A DNA stretch of 64,000 bases from positions 16,092 to 80,091 of the forward strand of contig CAYXFA010000006.1 in NCBI GenBank assembly GCA_964464165.1, written 5' to 3'. Position 1 is the stretch's first letter, and every line of letters begins with the position of its first letter. Positions 17,772 through 26,004 of the stretch are shown here, in pieces. Source of the DNA: an uncultured Phycisphaeraceae bacterium. GTDB lineage: Bacteria; Planctomycetota; Phycisphaerae; Phycisphaerales; UBA1924. A program made the translations under genes and the position numbers. Below the pieces are notes generated by a model. The model was not told the origin of the DNA. It ran no database searches and saw only the letters and a program-made list of their open reading frames with translations.

Positions 17772-18545
17772 ATGAATTCCGAGCGATGGGCCGCGATCGA
17801 TTTTAAAGCTCTCGCCACAGCGGTTGGCCAAGGCGAAGTTGACTGCCATATTTTGGCACACCGACCACGCCGAATAACTGCACGAACAAACACCATCGCC
17901 GGCGATGTCATCGTCAAGCTGTGGGACTTACGCGATGCCCGCGGCATGATGCGACGCGGATTACGACGGACAAAAGGACGTAGCGAATGGTTATCGCTGC
18001 AAGCACTCGGACAAGCTGGCCTTCCCGTTCCACGAGCTTTGAGTTATACGCTCATTAGGGAAACCCGTTACCAGGAAGCTTTAATCATTGAAGACTTATC
18101 TCCGTGCGATACGCTTCATCGTCACATGCACACTTTGAGCAAAGCCGGAAAAACTCAAGATGTACACCGGCTTGAGGATCAGATTCTAAGTATTACCTCC
18201 GGGATGATCCGTGCAAATCTCCTGGACAACGACCACCGACTCGGGAACTTCGTGGTTCGACCCGATGGCTTGGTGTTCCGGCTCGATTTCGAAAACATTC
18301 GTGCCGGACTAACCGGACGTCGTCGCGAGGACGCGCTCGGCGTGATGATTGGATCTCTGGTGAGCAGCCATGTTTGGGTTACGAGATTTGCCCAGGAGCA
18401 TTCTCGCTTATTTGTAACACGCCTTCTGAACGAGCTTCGCCCAAGCTCAAGAGCGGTAGCACGAGCTCGGCGGGCCGCCGCAGCTGAAATCCGGCAACTG
18501 CAAGACCGCTCGGGATTTACGCTTCTGAGCGAGCTGGGCTGGTAA
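17772..18545 (+). CDS. lipopolysaccharide kinase (Kdo/WaaP)/RIO-like protein kinase family
   Basis: Internal ATG at 17772, 1 nt after the GT4 stop. VIVKLW supplies the Lys strand. The catalytic loop is LLDNDHRLGNFVV (D-x4-N) and the DFG-like motif is RLDFENI. Confidence 0.6.
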   Translation: MNSERWAAIDFKALATAVGQGEVDCHILAHRPRRITARTNTIAGDVIVKLWDLRDARGMMRRGLRRTKGRSEWLSLQALGQAGLPVPRALSYTLIRETRYQEALIIEDLSPCDTLHRHMHTLSKAGKTQDVHRLEDQILSITSGMIRANLLDNDHRLGNFVVRPDGLVFRLDFENIRAGLTGRRREDALGVMIGSLVSSHVWVTRFAQEHSRLFVTRLLNELRPSSRAVARARRAAAAEIRQLQDRSGFTLLSELGW

Positions 18546-18549
18546 GCAC

Positions 18550-19242
18550 TCAAATCTGCCGCGCCAGTACCTGCTCAACATGCTCCCGCACACACCTTTG
18601 AGCTTTCTTCAAATCGCAGATGGGGATCTGTACTAACTCAGGGCAGATTTGGACCAAAGCGGCGTACCGACGCATTACCATATCGTAGTACGCCCGGCTC
18701 GATCGCGGCCGCCGTCGCACCAAATCGTCCGGGTTTGCAGACAGCAGGAGCACAAGATCGGGGCGAACACTCATCTTTCGGATGAATTTTGTCAGTGTTG
18801 GCGTGTACTCAATCACTTTGGCGAGATTGTCGTACCCCGAACGGTCAAAGACAAGAACGTCTACATCGCGGCGAGAGCGGACATACCAGCGAAAGATCAA
18901 GGAATCCAAAATATAGAACATACCGCGCCGAGCGGCACGTGCGCGGATTTTCCAAGTTTTGCCGGCTGCCTTTGTGCGCACGTCAGTTGTCGAGGCTTGC
19001 GGAATATATTCCGTCAAATACTGGCGAGGGGCGTGTTTTTGTTTTTTCAAACAGTCGCAGAGTTTCCTTGCCGCATGGCCGCACGTCAGTCGATCCCCCC
19101 GAGCCGCCGCCGAACGCAAGCCGCAAGTCGCCAAGTGATCGACTATAAATTTTTGGTGAGTAGATTTGCCGGCGCCTTCAGGGCCAGCGAATACAATAAT
19201 CAGAGGCTTGCGTCTCTTTTTTTTTATTACGGGTCGACTCAT
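18550..19242 (-). CDS. P-loop nucleotide/nucleoside kinase-like protein (thymidylate-kinase-like fold)
   Basis: Walker A IIVFAGPEGAGKST, then LVFDRSGYDNLA, which resembles the dTMP-kinase DR(Y/S) region. It converges on the kinase gene with a 4-nt gap. Confidence 0.6.
   Translation of the reverse strand: MSRPVIKKKRRKPLIIVFAGPEGAGKSTHQKFIVDHLATCGLRSAAARGDRLTCGHAARKLCDCLKKQKHAPRQYLTEYIPQASTTDVRTKAAGKTWKIRARAARRGMFYILDSLIFRWYVRSRRDVDVLVFDRSGYDNLAKVIEYTPTLTKFIRKMSVRPDLVLLLSANPDDLVRRRPRSSRAYYDMVMRRYAALVQICPELVQIPICDLKKAQRCVREHVEQVLARQI
19217..19225 (-). repeat. A9 homopolymer (T9 on plus strand) in codons 6-9 of the P-loop kinase gene
   Basis: Plus strand reads ctc-ttttttttt-attac. The coding strand reads ata aaa aaa aag (I K K K). 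Confidence 0.9.
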
Positions 19243-19503
19243 GGGGTTTGCTTTAGAAACGCTTGCGAACCTGCCTAAAAGCTAACTGTTCCCACTCTGG
19301 GGGGCGCCGCCCTTTCGCCAAGAGGGATTGGCACGGCCAGATTACCCGATTATCGATGAGCAGGGGTTGCGGTTGGCGTTCGAAGCCTGAAGTAGCAATA
19401 GCATGCCCTGGGCATACTACCCACCCGCCTGGTCTGTCACACGCCAGCCGTCTTGTGAAGCATGTCCCGGTCGTCTCCATCCCCCCTACCATCCCGCCCC
19501 CAC

Positions 19504-19586
<83 letters not shown>

Positions 19587-19659
19587 TTGCCCGGCCCCGG
19601 CCGTGGCGACACGAACCGAGGTCCTTCCCCAAAGGGCCACCGCTCAAGGACACACACCG

Positions 19660-19983
19660 ATGGCCGATAACCAGCCGACCCAGCAGCAGATCCAGTTCCG
19701 CATCGACGAGAGCAAGATGCACTCGACCTACGCGAACACGATCCGCACCTCCAACACCCAGGACGAGGTCGTCATGGACTTCGGGCTCAACCTCCCCATG
19801 CAGATCCCGAACCAGCCGCCGATGATCGTGTTCCACGTCGGCTCCCGGGTCATCATGAACTGGGCCGGCGCGAAGCGCCTGGTGATGTCCCTGGGCAACG
19901 CCGTCCGCCAGTACGAAGAGCAGTTCGGCACGATCGAGATCAACCAGGGCCAGCCCCGGTCCAACGGCGGGCAGCAGGCCTGA
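19660..19983 (+). CDS. DUF3467 family protein
   Basis: Internal ATG at 19660 gives MADNQPTQQQIQFRIDESKMHSTYANTIRTSNTQDEVVMDFGLNLP...VGSRVIMNWAGAKRLVMSLGNAVRQYEEQFGTIE. This matches my recollection of the DUF3467 pattern. Confidence 0.6.
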   Translation: MADNQPTQQQIQFRIDESKMHSTYANTIRTSNTQDEVVMDFGLNLPMQIPNQPPMIVFHVGSRVIMNWAGAKRLVMSLGNAVRQYEEQFGTIEINQGQPRSNGGQQA

Positions 19984-20109
19984 CCCGCCCCCGGGGCGAA
20001 CCATCCCGATGCGCCGGCGTAGGCTGACGGGAACCGGCCGGCGCGGCATCCTGAACGGAGGTCGCATTCCGGCGCCCCCTCCGCGGGCGCCGCTTCGAGG
20101 AGGCATCGC

Positions 20110-21105
20110 GTGATCGACGCCGCGGTGAACGAATCGGAACTCGTCGGGCTGACCGCCCCCGTCCGCGATCTGGCGGCCGAGGTCGGCCGGGTCGTGGTGG
20201 GACAGGACGCCATGGTGCGGGCGCTGCTGATCGGCGTCCTCACGGGGGGCCACGTGCTGCTCGAGGGCGTGCCGGGCCTGGCCAAGACGCTCACGGTCAC
20301 CACGCTGGCCAAGGCGATGCACGCCAGGTTCTCACGCATCCAGTTCACGCCGGACCTGCTGCCGGCGGACCTGATCGGCACGCTCATCTACGACCCCAAA
20401 ACAGGGGTCTTTACGCCCCGCAAGGGCCCGATCTTCGCCAATCTGGTCCTCGCGGACGAGATCAACCGGGCCCCCGCGAAGGTCCAGTCGGCCCTGCTCG
20501 AGGCCATGCAGGAGCGGGCCGCGACCATCGGGGATACCACCTATCCCGTCGGAGACCCCTTCCTGGTCCTGGCGACGCAGAACCCCATCGAGCAGGAGGG
20601 CACCTACCGCCTGCCCGAGGCGCAGGTCGACCGCTTCATGCTCAAGCTCCGGATCGGCTACCCGACCCGCGAGCAGGAACGGACCATCATCGACCGCATG
20701 GTGGTGGGCGCCCCGGAAGAGGTCCGGCCGATCGTCACGCTGGACGAGATCCGGACGGCACGGGAGGCCGTCGGTCGGGTCCACCTGGACGAGCGGATCC
20801 GCGACTACATCGTCGAGATCGTCCACGCGACGCGGGACCCGGCCGGGTCCGGAGCCCGGTTCACGCTCGACCTGGAGCGGCTGATCGAGTTCGGCGCCTC
20901 GCCGCGGGCCTCGATCGCCCTGGCGAAGGCCGCCCGGGCCAACGCCCTGCTGGAGGGTCGGGGCTTCGTCACGCCTTCCGACGTCAAGAGCGTGGGGATG
21001 GACGTCCTGCGACACCGCGTCATCCTCGGGTACGAGGCCGAGGCCGAGGGGATCACCCCCGAGGACGCGGTGCGGGAGATCTTCAACCGCATCCCGATCC
21101 CGTGA
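20110..21105 (+). CDS. moxR: MoxR-family AAA+ ATPase
   Basis: GTG start. Walker A LLEGVPGLAKT, Walker B LVLADEINRAPAKVQSALLEAMQE. The C-terminus GASPRASIALAKAARANALLEGRGFVTPSDVK is typical of MoxR. Confidence 0.9.
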   Translation: MIDAAVNESELVGLTAPVRDLAAEVGRVVVGQDAMVRALLIGVLTGGHVLLEGVPGLAKTLTVTTLAKAMHARFSRIQFTPDLLPADLIGTLIYDPKTGVFTPRKGPIFANLVLADEINRAPAKVQSALLEAMQERAATIGDTTYPVGDPFLVLATQNPIEQEGTYRLPEAQVDRFMLKLRIGYPTREQERTIIDRMVVGAPEEVRPIVTLDEIRTAREAVGRVHLDERIRDYIVEIVHATRDPAGSGARFTLDLERLIEFGASPRASIALAKAARANALLEGRGFVTPSDVKSVGMDVLRHRVILGYEAEAEGITPEDAVREIFNRIPIP

Positions 21106-21121
21106 GCCTCCGGAGGCCGTC

Positions 21122-22033
21122 GTGATGCTGACCGACGAACTCATGCGGGAGGTCAAGCGGCTGGAGATCCGCTCGCGCCGGCGCGTCGACCAGCTGCTGG
21201 GGGGGCAGTACCACTCCGTGTTCAAGGGCCAGGGCATCGAGTTCGCCGAGGTGCGCGAGTACCAGCCCGGCGACGAGGTGCGGTGGATCGACTGGAACGT
21301 CACCGCCCGCACCGGCGTGCCGCACGTCAAGCGGTTCGTCGAGGAACGCCAGCTGACGGTCATCCTGGCGGTCGACGCCGGCATCAGCAGCGCTTTCGGG
21401 ACGACGAGGACCAAGCTGCGCCTCTCGGCCGAGGTCGGGGCCGTGCTCGCGATGGCGGCGGCCCGGAACAACGACCTGGTCGGCCTGCACCTGATCGGCG
21501 CCCGCGAACGCCTTCACCTACCGCCCAGCAAGGGCCGGACCCACACCCTGCGCATCCTCCGCGAGCTGCTCGGGGCCGAGCCGGCCGAGCGGCCGTCCGA
21601 GCTGGCCGAGGAGCTCGACGAGCTCGGGCGCAGCCTCAAGCGCCGCGCGGTGGTGTTCGTCATCTCCGACCTGCTGCCCGGCCTGCGGAACGACCACGGG
21701 GACGTGCAGACCGAGCCCGCCTGGGCCCGCCCGCTGCGACTCATGGCCCGGCGCCACGAGGTCATCGCCCTGACGGTCGAGGACCCGCGCGAGAGCGACC
21801 TGCCCGACCTCGGCATGCTGCGGATGCTCGACCCCGTGACGGGCCGCCGCGTGACGCTGGACACCTCGTCGCGGACCGTGCGGTCCCGGTACGCCGCCGC
21901 GGCGGCCCAGGACCACGCCGCGATCGACCGGGCCCTCGGTCGCGCCCGCGTCGACCGCGTGCGCTTGTCGACCGAGCGCCCGTTCGGCGACGACCTCGCC
22001 CGCTACCTCCGCCAGCGGGAGCGCCGCCCGTGA
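21122..22033 (+). CDS. DUF58 domain protein (MoxR partner)
   Basis: GQYHSVFKGQGIEFAEVREYQPGDEVRWIDWNVTARTGVPHVKRFVEERQLTV is the DUF58 core. Confidence 0.85.
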   Translation: MMLTDELMREVKRLEIRSRRRVDQLLGGQYHSVFKGQGIEFAEVREYQPGDEVRWIDWNVTARTGVPHVKRFVEERQLTVILAVDAGISSAFGTTRTKLRLSAEVGAVLAMAAARNNDLVGLHLIGARERLHLPPSKGRTHTLRILRELLGAEPAERPSELAEELDELGRSLKRRAVVFVISDLLPGLRNDHGDVQTEPAWARPLRLMARRHEVIALTVEDPRESDLPDLGMLRMLDPVTGRRVTLDTSSRTVRSRYAAAAAQDHAAIDRALGRARVDRVRLSTERPFGDDLARYLRQRERRP

Positions 22034-22863
22034 GCCGCCGGTCCGCCCTGCTTCTGGTGCTGTCGGTGCTGGCCGCGCTGTCGTGGGGCTGCGGCTCGGA
22101 GCGACCCCACGCGGAGACGGAGCACGAGCTCCGGTCGGAATCCACCGACGAGCAGAGCGGCGTCGGCGTCACGCTGTCGGTGGACCGAGAACGGATCACC
22201 ACGGTGGACCGCATCGGCGTGCGGATCGAGGTGGTGCGCCCCGCGGGTTCGGGCGTCACTTGGGACGAGCCCGCCTGGGCCGAGTCCGGTTGGGACCGGG
22301 TCGGCCGCGTCGATCACCCCCCCGCCGGCCTGCCTGACGGCCGGATCCGCGAGCGGGCGGAGATCGTCCTGGAGCCGTTCCTCGACGGCGACTACACCGT
22401 GCCGCCGGTCGTCGTGGCGATCGGCGATCGGCGCATCGCGACCGCGGCGCTCACGGTGGCCGTCTTGTCCGTGCTGGAGGACCCCGCCGACGGCGAGTTG
22501 ACCGGGCCGATGCCGGTGGTCCCGCCGCGGCCGGAGCGGGCTTCCAGAACGGGGCCGATCGCCGGGGTCGTCGTGATCGGGCTCGCCGCCGTGCTGCTGG
22601 CGTGGCGGCTGACGCGTCGGCGAACGCACGGAACCGCGGCCGCAGGCCCGGTCGAGGCGTTGCACGCCGTCGCGTCCGGCCAAACCGGTCCCGACCCGCT
22701 GGCGACCGTCCACCACGCTCTGGAGCGTCTCGAGCAGGATCGGCCCGGCGGCTTCAAGGCCCTCGCCCGGCGTTGCGAACGGGCCCGGTTCGCGCCGGGC
22801 GGTTCGGACGACCCGCGATCGATCGCACGCGAGGCGCTCGCCCTGTTGGAGGGCGGGGCATGA
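22030..22863 (+). CDS. Bat-operon membrane protein: lipoprotein-type N-terminus + BatD-like beta region + TM + DUF4381-like tail
   Basis: GTG at 22030 overlaps the DUF58 stop (GTGA). It has lipobox LSWGC, a TM helix IAGVVVIGLAAVLLAWRL, and a tail ending CERARFAPGG. It sits where DUF4381 genes lie in Bat operons. Confidence 0.55.
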   Translation: MSRRSALLLVLSVLAALSWGCGSERPHAETEHELRSESTDEQSGVGVTLSVDRERITTVDRIGVRIEVVRPAGSGVTWDEPAWAESGWDRVGRVDHPPAGLPDGRIRERAEIVLEPFLDGDYTVPPVVVAIGDRRIATAALTVAVLSVLEDPADGELTGPMPVVPPRPERASRTGPIAGVVVIGLAAVLLAWRLTRRRTHGTAAAGPVEALHAVASGQTGPDPLATVHHALERLEQDRPGGFKALARRCERARFAPGGSDDPRSIAREALALLEGGA

Positions 22864-23906
22864 TCTTCCGCTTCGCCGATCCGTGGGTCTTCTGGTGCCT
22901 GTCCGCGCTGCCGTTGTGGGCCGCCTGGTGGCTGTGGTCGAGGCGGCGGGCGGCGGGCGTGATGCTGCCCGTCTTCCACCGGGCCGCCGGCGCGGGGTGG
23001 TCGTGGCGGACGCCGCTGCACGCGTTGCCCCCGCTCGCTCGGGCCGGGGCGCTCGCCCTGCTGATCGTCGCCCTGGCCCGCCCGCAGGAGCTCCTGCCCA
23101 GGTCCGAGGCGTCGCGTGACGCCATCGCCCTGCAGCTCGTCGTCGACCGCTCCGGCTCGATGACCGAGCCCGCGGTGTTCGAGGGCGAGCGAATGACCCG
23201 CCTCGACGCGGTCAAGCGGGTGGTACGTCGGTTCATCTTCGGCGACGGCTCCATGTACCGGGGCCGGGAAGGAGACCTCGTCGGCCTGGTCGCTTTCGGG
23301 ACCTACGCCGACACGCTCGCCCCGCCGACCGCGTCGCACGGGGCGCTCGTCGAGGCCCTCGACCGGCTTGTGGTGTCGCCCGACCGGCGCGAGCGTTCCA
23401 CCGCGATCGGGGATGCGCTCGTGCTGGGCATCGCCCGGCTGCGGGCTTCGGAGGACGCCATCCGGGCGGACCTGGACGATCCCGACTTCGCCTTCCGTTC
23501 CAAGGCCATCGTCCTGCTCACCGACGGCGAGAACAACGCGGGCGTGTACTCGCCCGTGGACGCCGCGTACCTGGCGCAGGAATGGGGCATCCGTATCTAC
23601 GTCGTCGCGCTGCGCGAGGACCCCGGCGGCGGCATGCTCGCGAACATGCGCCGCGGCGTCATGCAGCAGCACGAACGCGAGATGCGGGCCGTCGCCGAGC
23701 ACACCGGGGGCGGGTTCTGGGCCGTCGACGACGTGTCCCAGCTCGCGGAGGTCTACGCCCAGATCGACGAGCTCGAACGCACCGAGATCAAGATCACCGA
23801 ATCGACCGAGGTCATCGACCTCTACCACCGGTTCGCCGCGGGGGCCCTGGCCCTGCTCGGGGCCGAGCTGCTCCTCCGGGCCCTCGTCGGGGGGAGGCTG
23901 CCGTGA
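22860..23906 (+). CDS. batA: VWA-domain protein BatA
   Basis: ATGA overlap with the upstream stop. MIFRFADPWVFWCLSALPLW is the usual BatA N-terminus. MIDAS is VVDRSGSM. A C-terminal TM helix follows. Confidence 0.8.
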   Translation: MIFRFADPWVFWCLSALPLWAAWWLWSRRRAAGVMLPVFHRAAGAGWSWRTPLHALPPLARAGALALLIVALARPQELLPRSEASRDAIALQLVVDRSGSMTEPAVFEGERMTRLDAVKRVVRRFIFGDGSMYRGREGDLVGLVAFGTYADTLAPPTASHGALVEALDRLVVSPDRRERSTAIGDALVLGIARLRASEDAIRADLDDPDFAFRSKAIVLLTDGENNAGVYSPVDAAYLAQEWGIRIYVVALREDPGGGMLANMRRGVMQQHEREMRAVAEHTGGGFWAVDDVSQLAEVYAQIDELERTEIKITESTEVIDLYHRFAAGALALLGAELLLRALVGGRLP

Positions 23907-24925
23907 ACCCCGTCGACCTGGTCGGAACCTGGCGGCTGGCCGAGCCCGTCTGGCTGCACGCGGCGTGGGGCGCGCTGCTGCTCCCGGTCCTGATCGTGTG
24001 GTGCGCCCGGCGGCGCGAGCGAAGGCTGGCCCGTTTCGCCGATCCGGACCGGCTGACCGGACTCGTCGGGCCCCGGCGGCTCTGGCCCGTCGCCGCACGC
24101 GCCGGCGCGGCTTCGCTGGCCTGCCTGGGCCTGGCCGTGGCCCTCTCACGCCCGCAGTCCGACCCGCGGACGGTGGAAACCGAGCGCACCGGGCGGAGCG
24201 TGATCTTCCTGCTCGACGTGTCCCGCTCGATGCTGGCGACCGACGTCGCGCCCAACCGGCTCGAACGGGCCAAGCTGTGGATCAACGACCTCGTCAACGA
24301 GCTGCGGGGCGACCAGTTCGCGCTGGTCGCGTTCGCGGGCGGGTCGACCATCGTCTCACCGCTGACCTCCGACCGCGCGTTCTTCCGCATGGCCCTCGAA
24401 CAGGTCACGCCGGACACCGCCCCGCGCGGGGGGACCAACATAGGAGACGCGATCCGCAAGACCACCGAGCTGCTCGTCCCGCCCGGGGACGGCTCGGGCC
24501 GGATCCTCCACGACATCGTCCTGATCACGGACGGCGAGGACCAGGAGTCGCTGCCCGTCGAGGCCGCCCAGGCCGCCGCCCAGCGGGGGGTGCGGGTTAT
24601 CGGCATCGGGATCGGGTCCGCGGAGGGCGCCATGATCCATCCCGGCGGGGCGGAAGGCCCGGTCCGCACCCGGCTGGAATCCACCACGCTCCGCCGCATC
24701 GCCGACGCCGTCCCGGGCGGGGTGTACCTGGAGGTGGGGACCGGGACGGTGGACCTGGCCCGTCTGTACCGGGACCTGATCGCCTCCGCGGACCAGGAAT
24801 CTCTGGAAAGGGCGTCCATCGTTCGATATACCGAACGGTTCGGCCTGTTCCTCTGGCCGGTCCTGGCCCTGTTATTGGCCGAACGCGTGGCGATCCCCGC
24901 GGGGACAAGGAGGTCGGCGTGGTGA
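23903..24925 (+). CDS. batB: VWA-domain protein BatB
   Basis: GTGA overlap with the upstream stop. MIDAS LLDVSRSMLATDVAPNRLERAK, then ITDGED. TM helices at the N- and C-termini. Confidence 0.8.
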   Translation: MNPVDLVGTWRLAEPVWLHAAWGALLLPVLIVWCARRRERRLARFADPDRLTGLVGPRRLWPVAARAGAASLACLGLAVALSRPQSDPRTVETERTGRSVIFLLDVSRSMLATDVAPNRLERAKLWINDLVNELRGDQFALVAFAGGSTIVSPLTSDRAFFRMALEQVTPDTAPRGGTNIGDAIRKTTELLVPPGDGSGRILHDIVLITDGEDQESLPVEAAQAAAQRGVRVIGIGIGSAEGAMIHPGGAEGPVRTRLESTTLRRIADAVPGGVYLEVGTGTVDLARLYRDLIASADQESLERASIVRYTERFGLFLWPVLALLLAERVAIPAGTRRSAW

Positions 24926-26004
24926 AGCTCGCGATGTTCACGGTGCTGCTGGCGGTCGCCGGCGCCGGGCAGGCGCAGGGGACCGAACCCGGCGTCATGT
25001 CGGCGGAGACGGCCCGTCTCCGGATCGTTTCCGCCCTCGACGTGAACGAACGGAACCTCCAGGCCCTCACCGAGGTCGCCGAGCGTGCCGAGGACCCGTT
25101 CCTCAGGGCGCTCGCCGCGTACAACGCCGGCACGATGGCCGTCACGCTCGCCGACCAGCGTGCGGAGAACCTGCTCGCGGAGGCCGACCGCGCGGGCGAC
25201 CCGTCCGTGCGGGCCTCGGCACGGTTCAACCTCGGCCACGCCGCCCTGCCCCCGGCCGACGCACCCGAGGACACGCCGCAGGCCATCGACGCCAAGATCG
25301 AGGCCTACCGCGAGGCCGCCCGGCGTTTCCGCTCCGTGCTCGACGTGGACCGTCGCAACCTCCAGGCCGCACGTAACACCGAGCTGGCCCGCCGACGCAT
25401 CCGCGAGCTGCAGGACAAGAAGAAGCAGCTCGAACAACAGCAGCAGCAGGCGCGCGACCTCGCCAAGCAGCTCCATGACCTCGCCCAGCGCCAGGAATCC
25501 CAGGCCGCCGAGACCCAGCGTCGCGCCGACCAGCGCCGCCAGCCGGACTCCTCCGCCGCGGGCCAACAGCGCTCGGTGTCCGAACAGACCGCCCAGGCCG
25601 CCGAGTCCGCCGAGCGGTCCGGCGCCGACGAGGGTGTGAAGGAGTCGCTCACCAAGGCCCGCGAGGCCCAGGAGCAGGCGGAGCAGGCCCTGAGCAACGG
25701 CGACGCCGCGTCCGCCGCGGCGCACCAGAAGCAGGCCGCCGAAGCCCTGCGCGAGGCCGCACGCCAAGCCCAGCCCGGGGCCGGCGGCCCGGGCGCCAAG
25801 CCGTTGCAGGCGTCCGGGGCCGACAACACCCCGCAGGACGCCGCCCCGGAACAGAAAACCGCCGAGAGTTCCGAATCGCGGAGCGACCGCCCGGGCGCCG
25901 ACCCGGTCGCGGAAGCCCTGCTGGAAAAAGAACGCCGGGAACGCACGCAGCGGGCGCAGTATCTTCAGCGTGGCGGCCGGCCACAGGTGGAGCGTGACTG
26001 GTGA
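24922..26004 (+). CDS. batC: BatC-like TPR/coiled-coil protein
   Basis: GTGA overlap with the upstream stop. It has a signal peptide, a TPR-like segment (AAYNAGTMAV...ARFNLGHAA) and a long Q/E/A-rich coiled coil (QDKKKQLEQQQQQARDLAKQLHDLAQRQESQAAE). Confidence 0.6.
   Translation: MKLAMFTVLLAVAGAGQAQGTEPGVMSAETARLRIVSALDVNERNLQALTEVAERAEDPFLRALAAYNAGTMAVTLADQRAENLLAEADRAGDPSVRASARFNLGHAALPPADAPEDTPQAIDAKIEAYREAARRFRSVLDVDRRNLQAARNTELARRRIRELQDKKKQLEQQQQQARDLAKQLHDLAQRQESQAAETQRRADQRRQPDSSAAGQQRSVSEQTAQAAESAERSGADEGVKESLTKAREAQEQAEQALSNGDAASAAAHQKQAAEALREAARQAQPGAGGPGAKPLQASGADNTPQDAAPEQKTAESSESRSDRPGADPVAEALLEKERRERTQRAQYLQRGGRPQVERDW

Noticed and set aside
19403-19415. Palindrome ATGCCC-T-GGGCAT in the 260-nt spacer before tRNA-Leu
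   Set aside because: It is short and isolated, and the loop is too small for a hairpin. There is no adjacent regulator gene to link it to.
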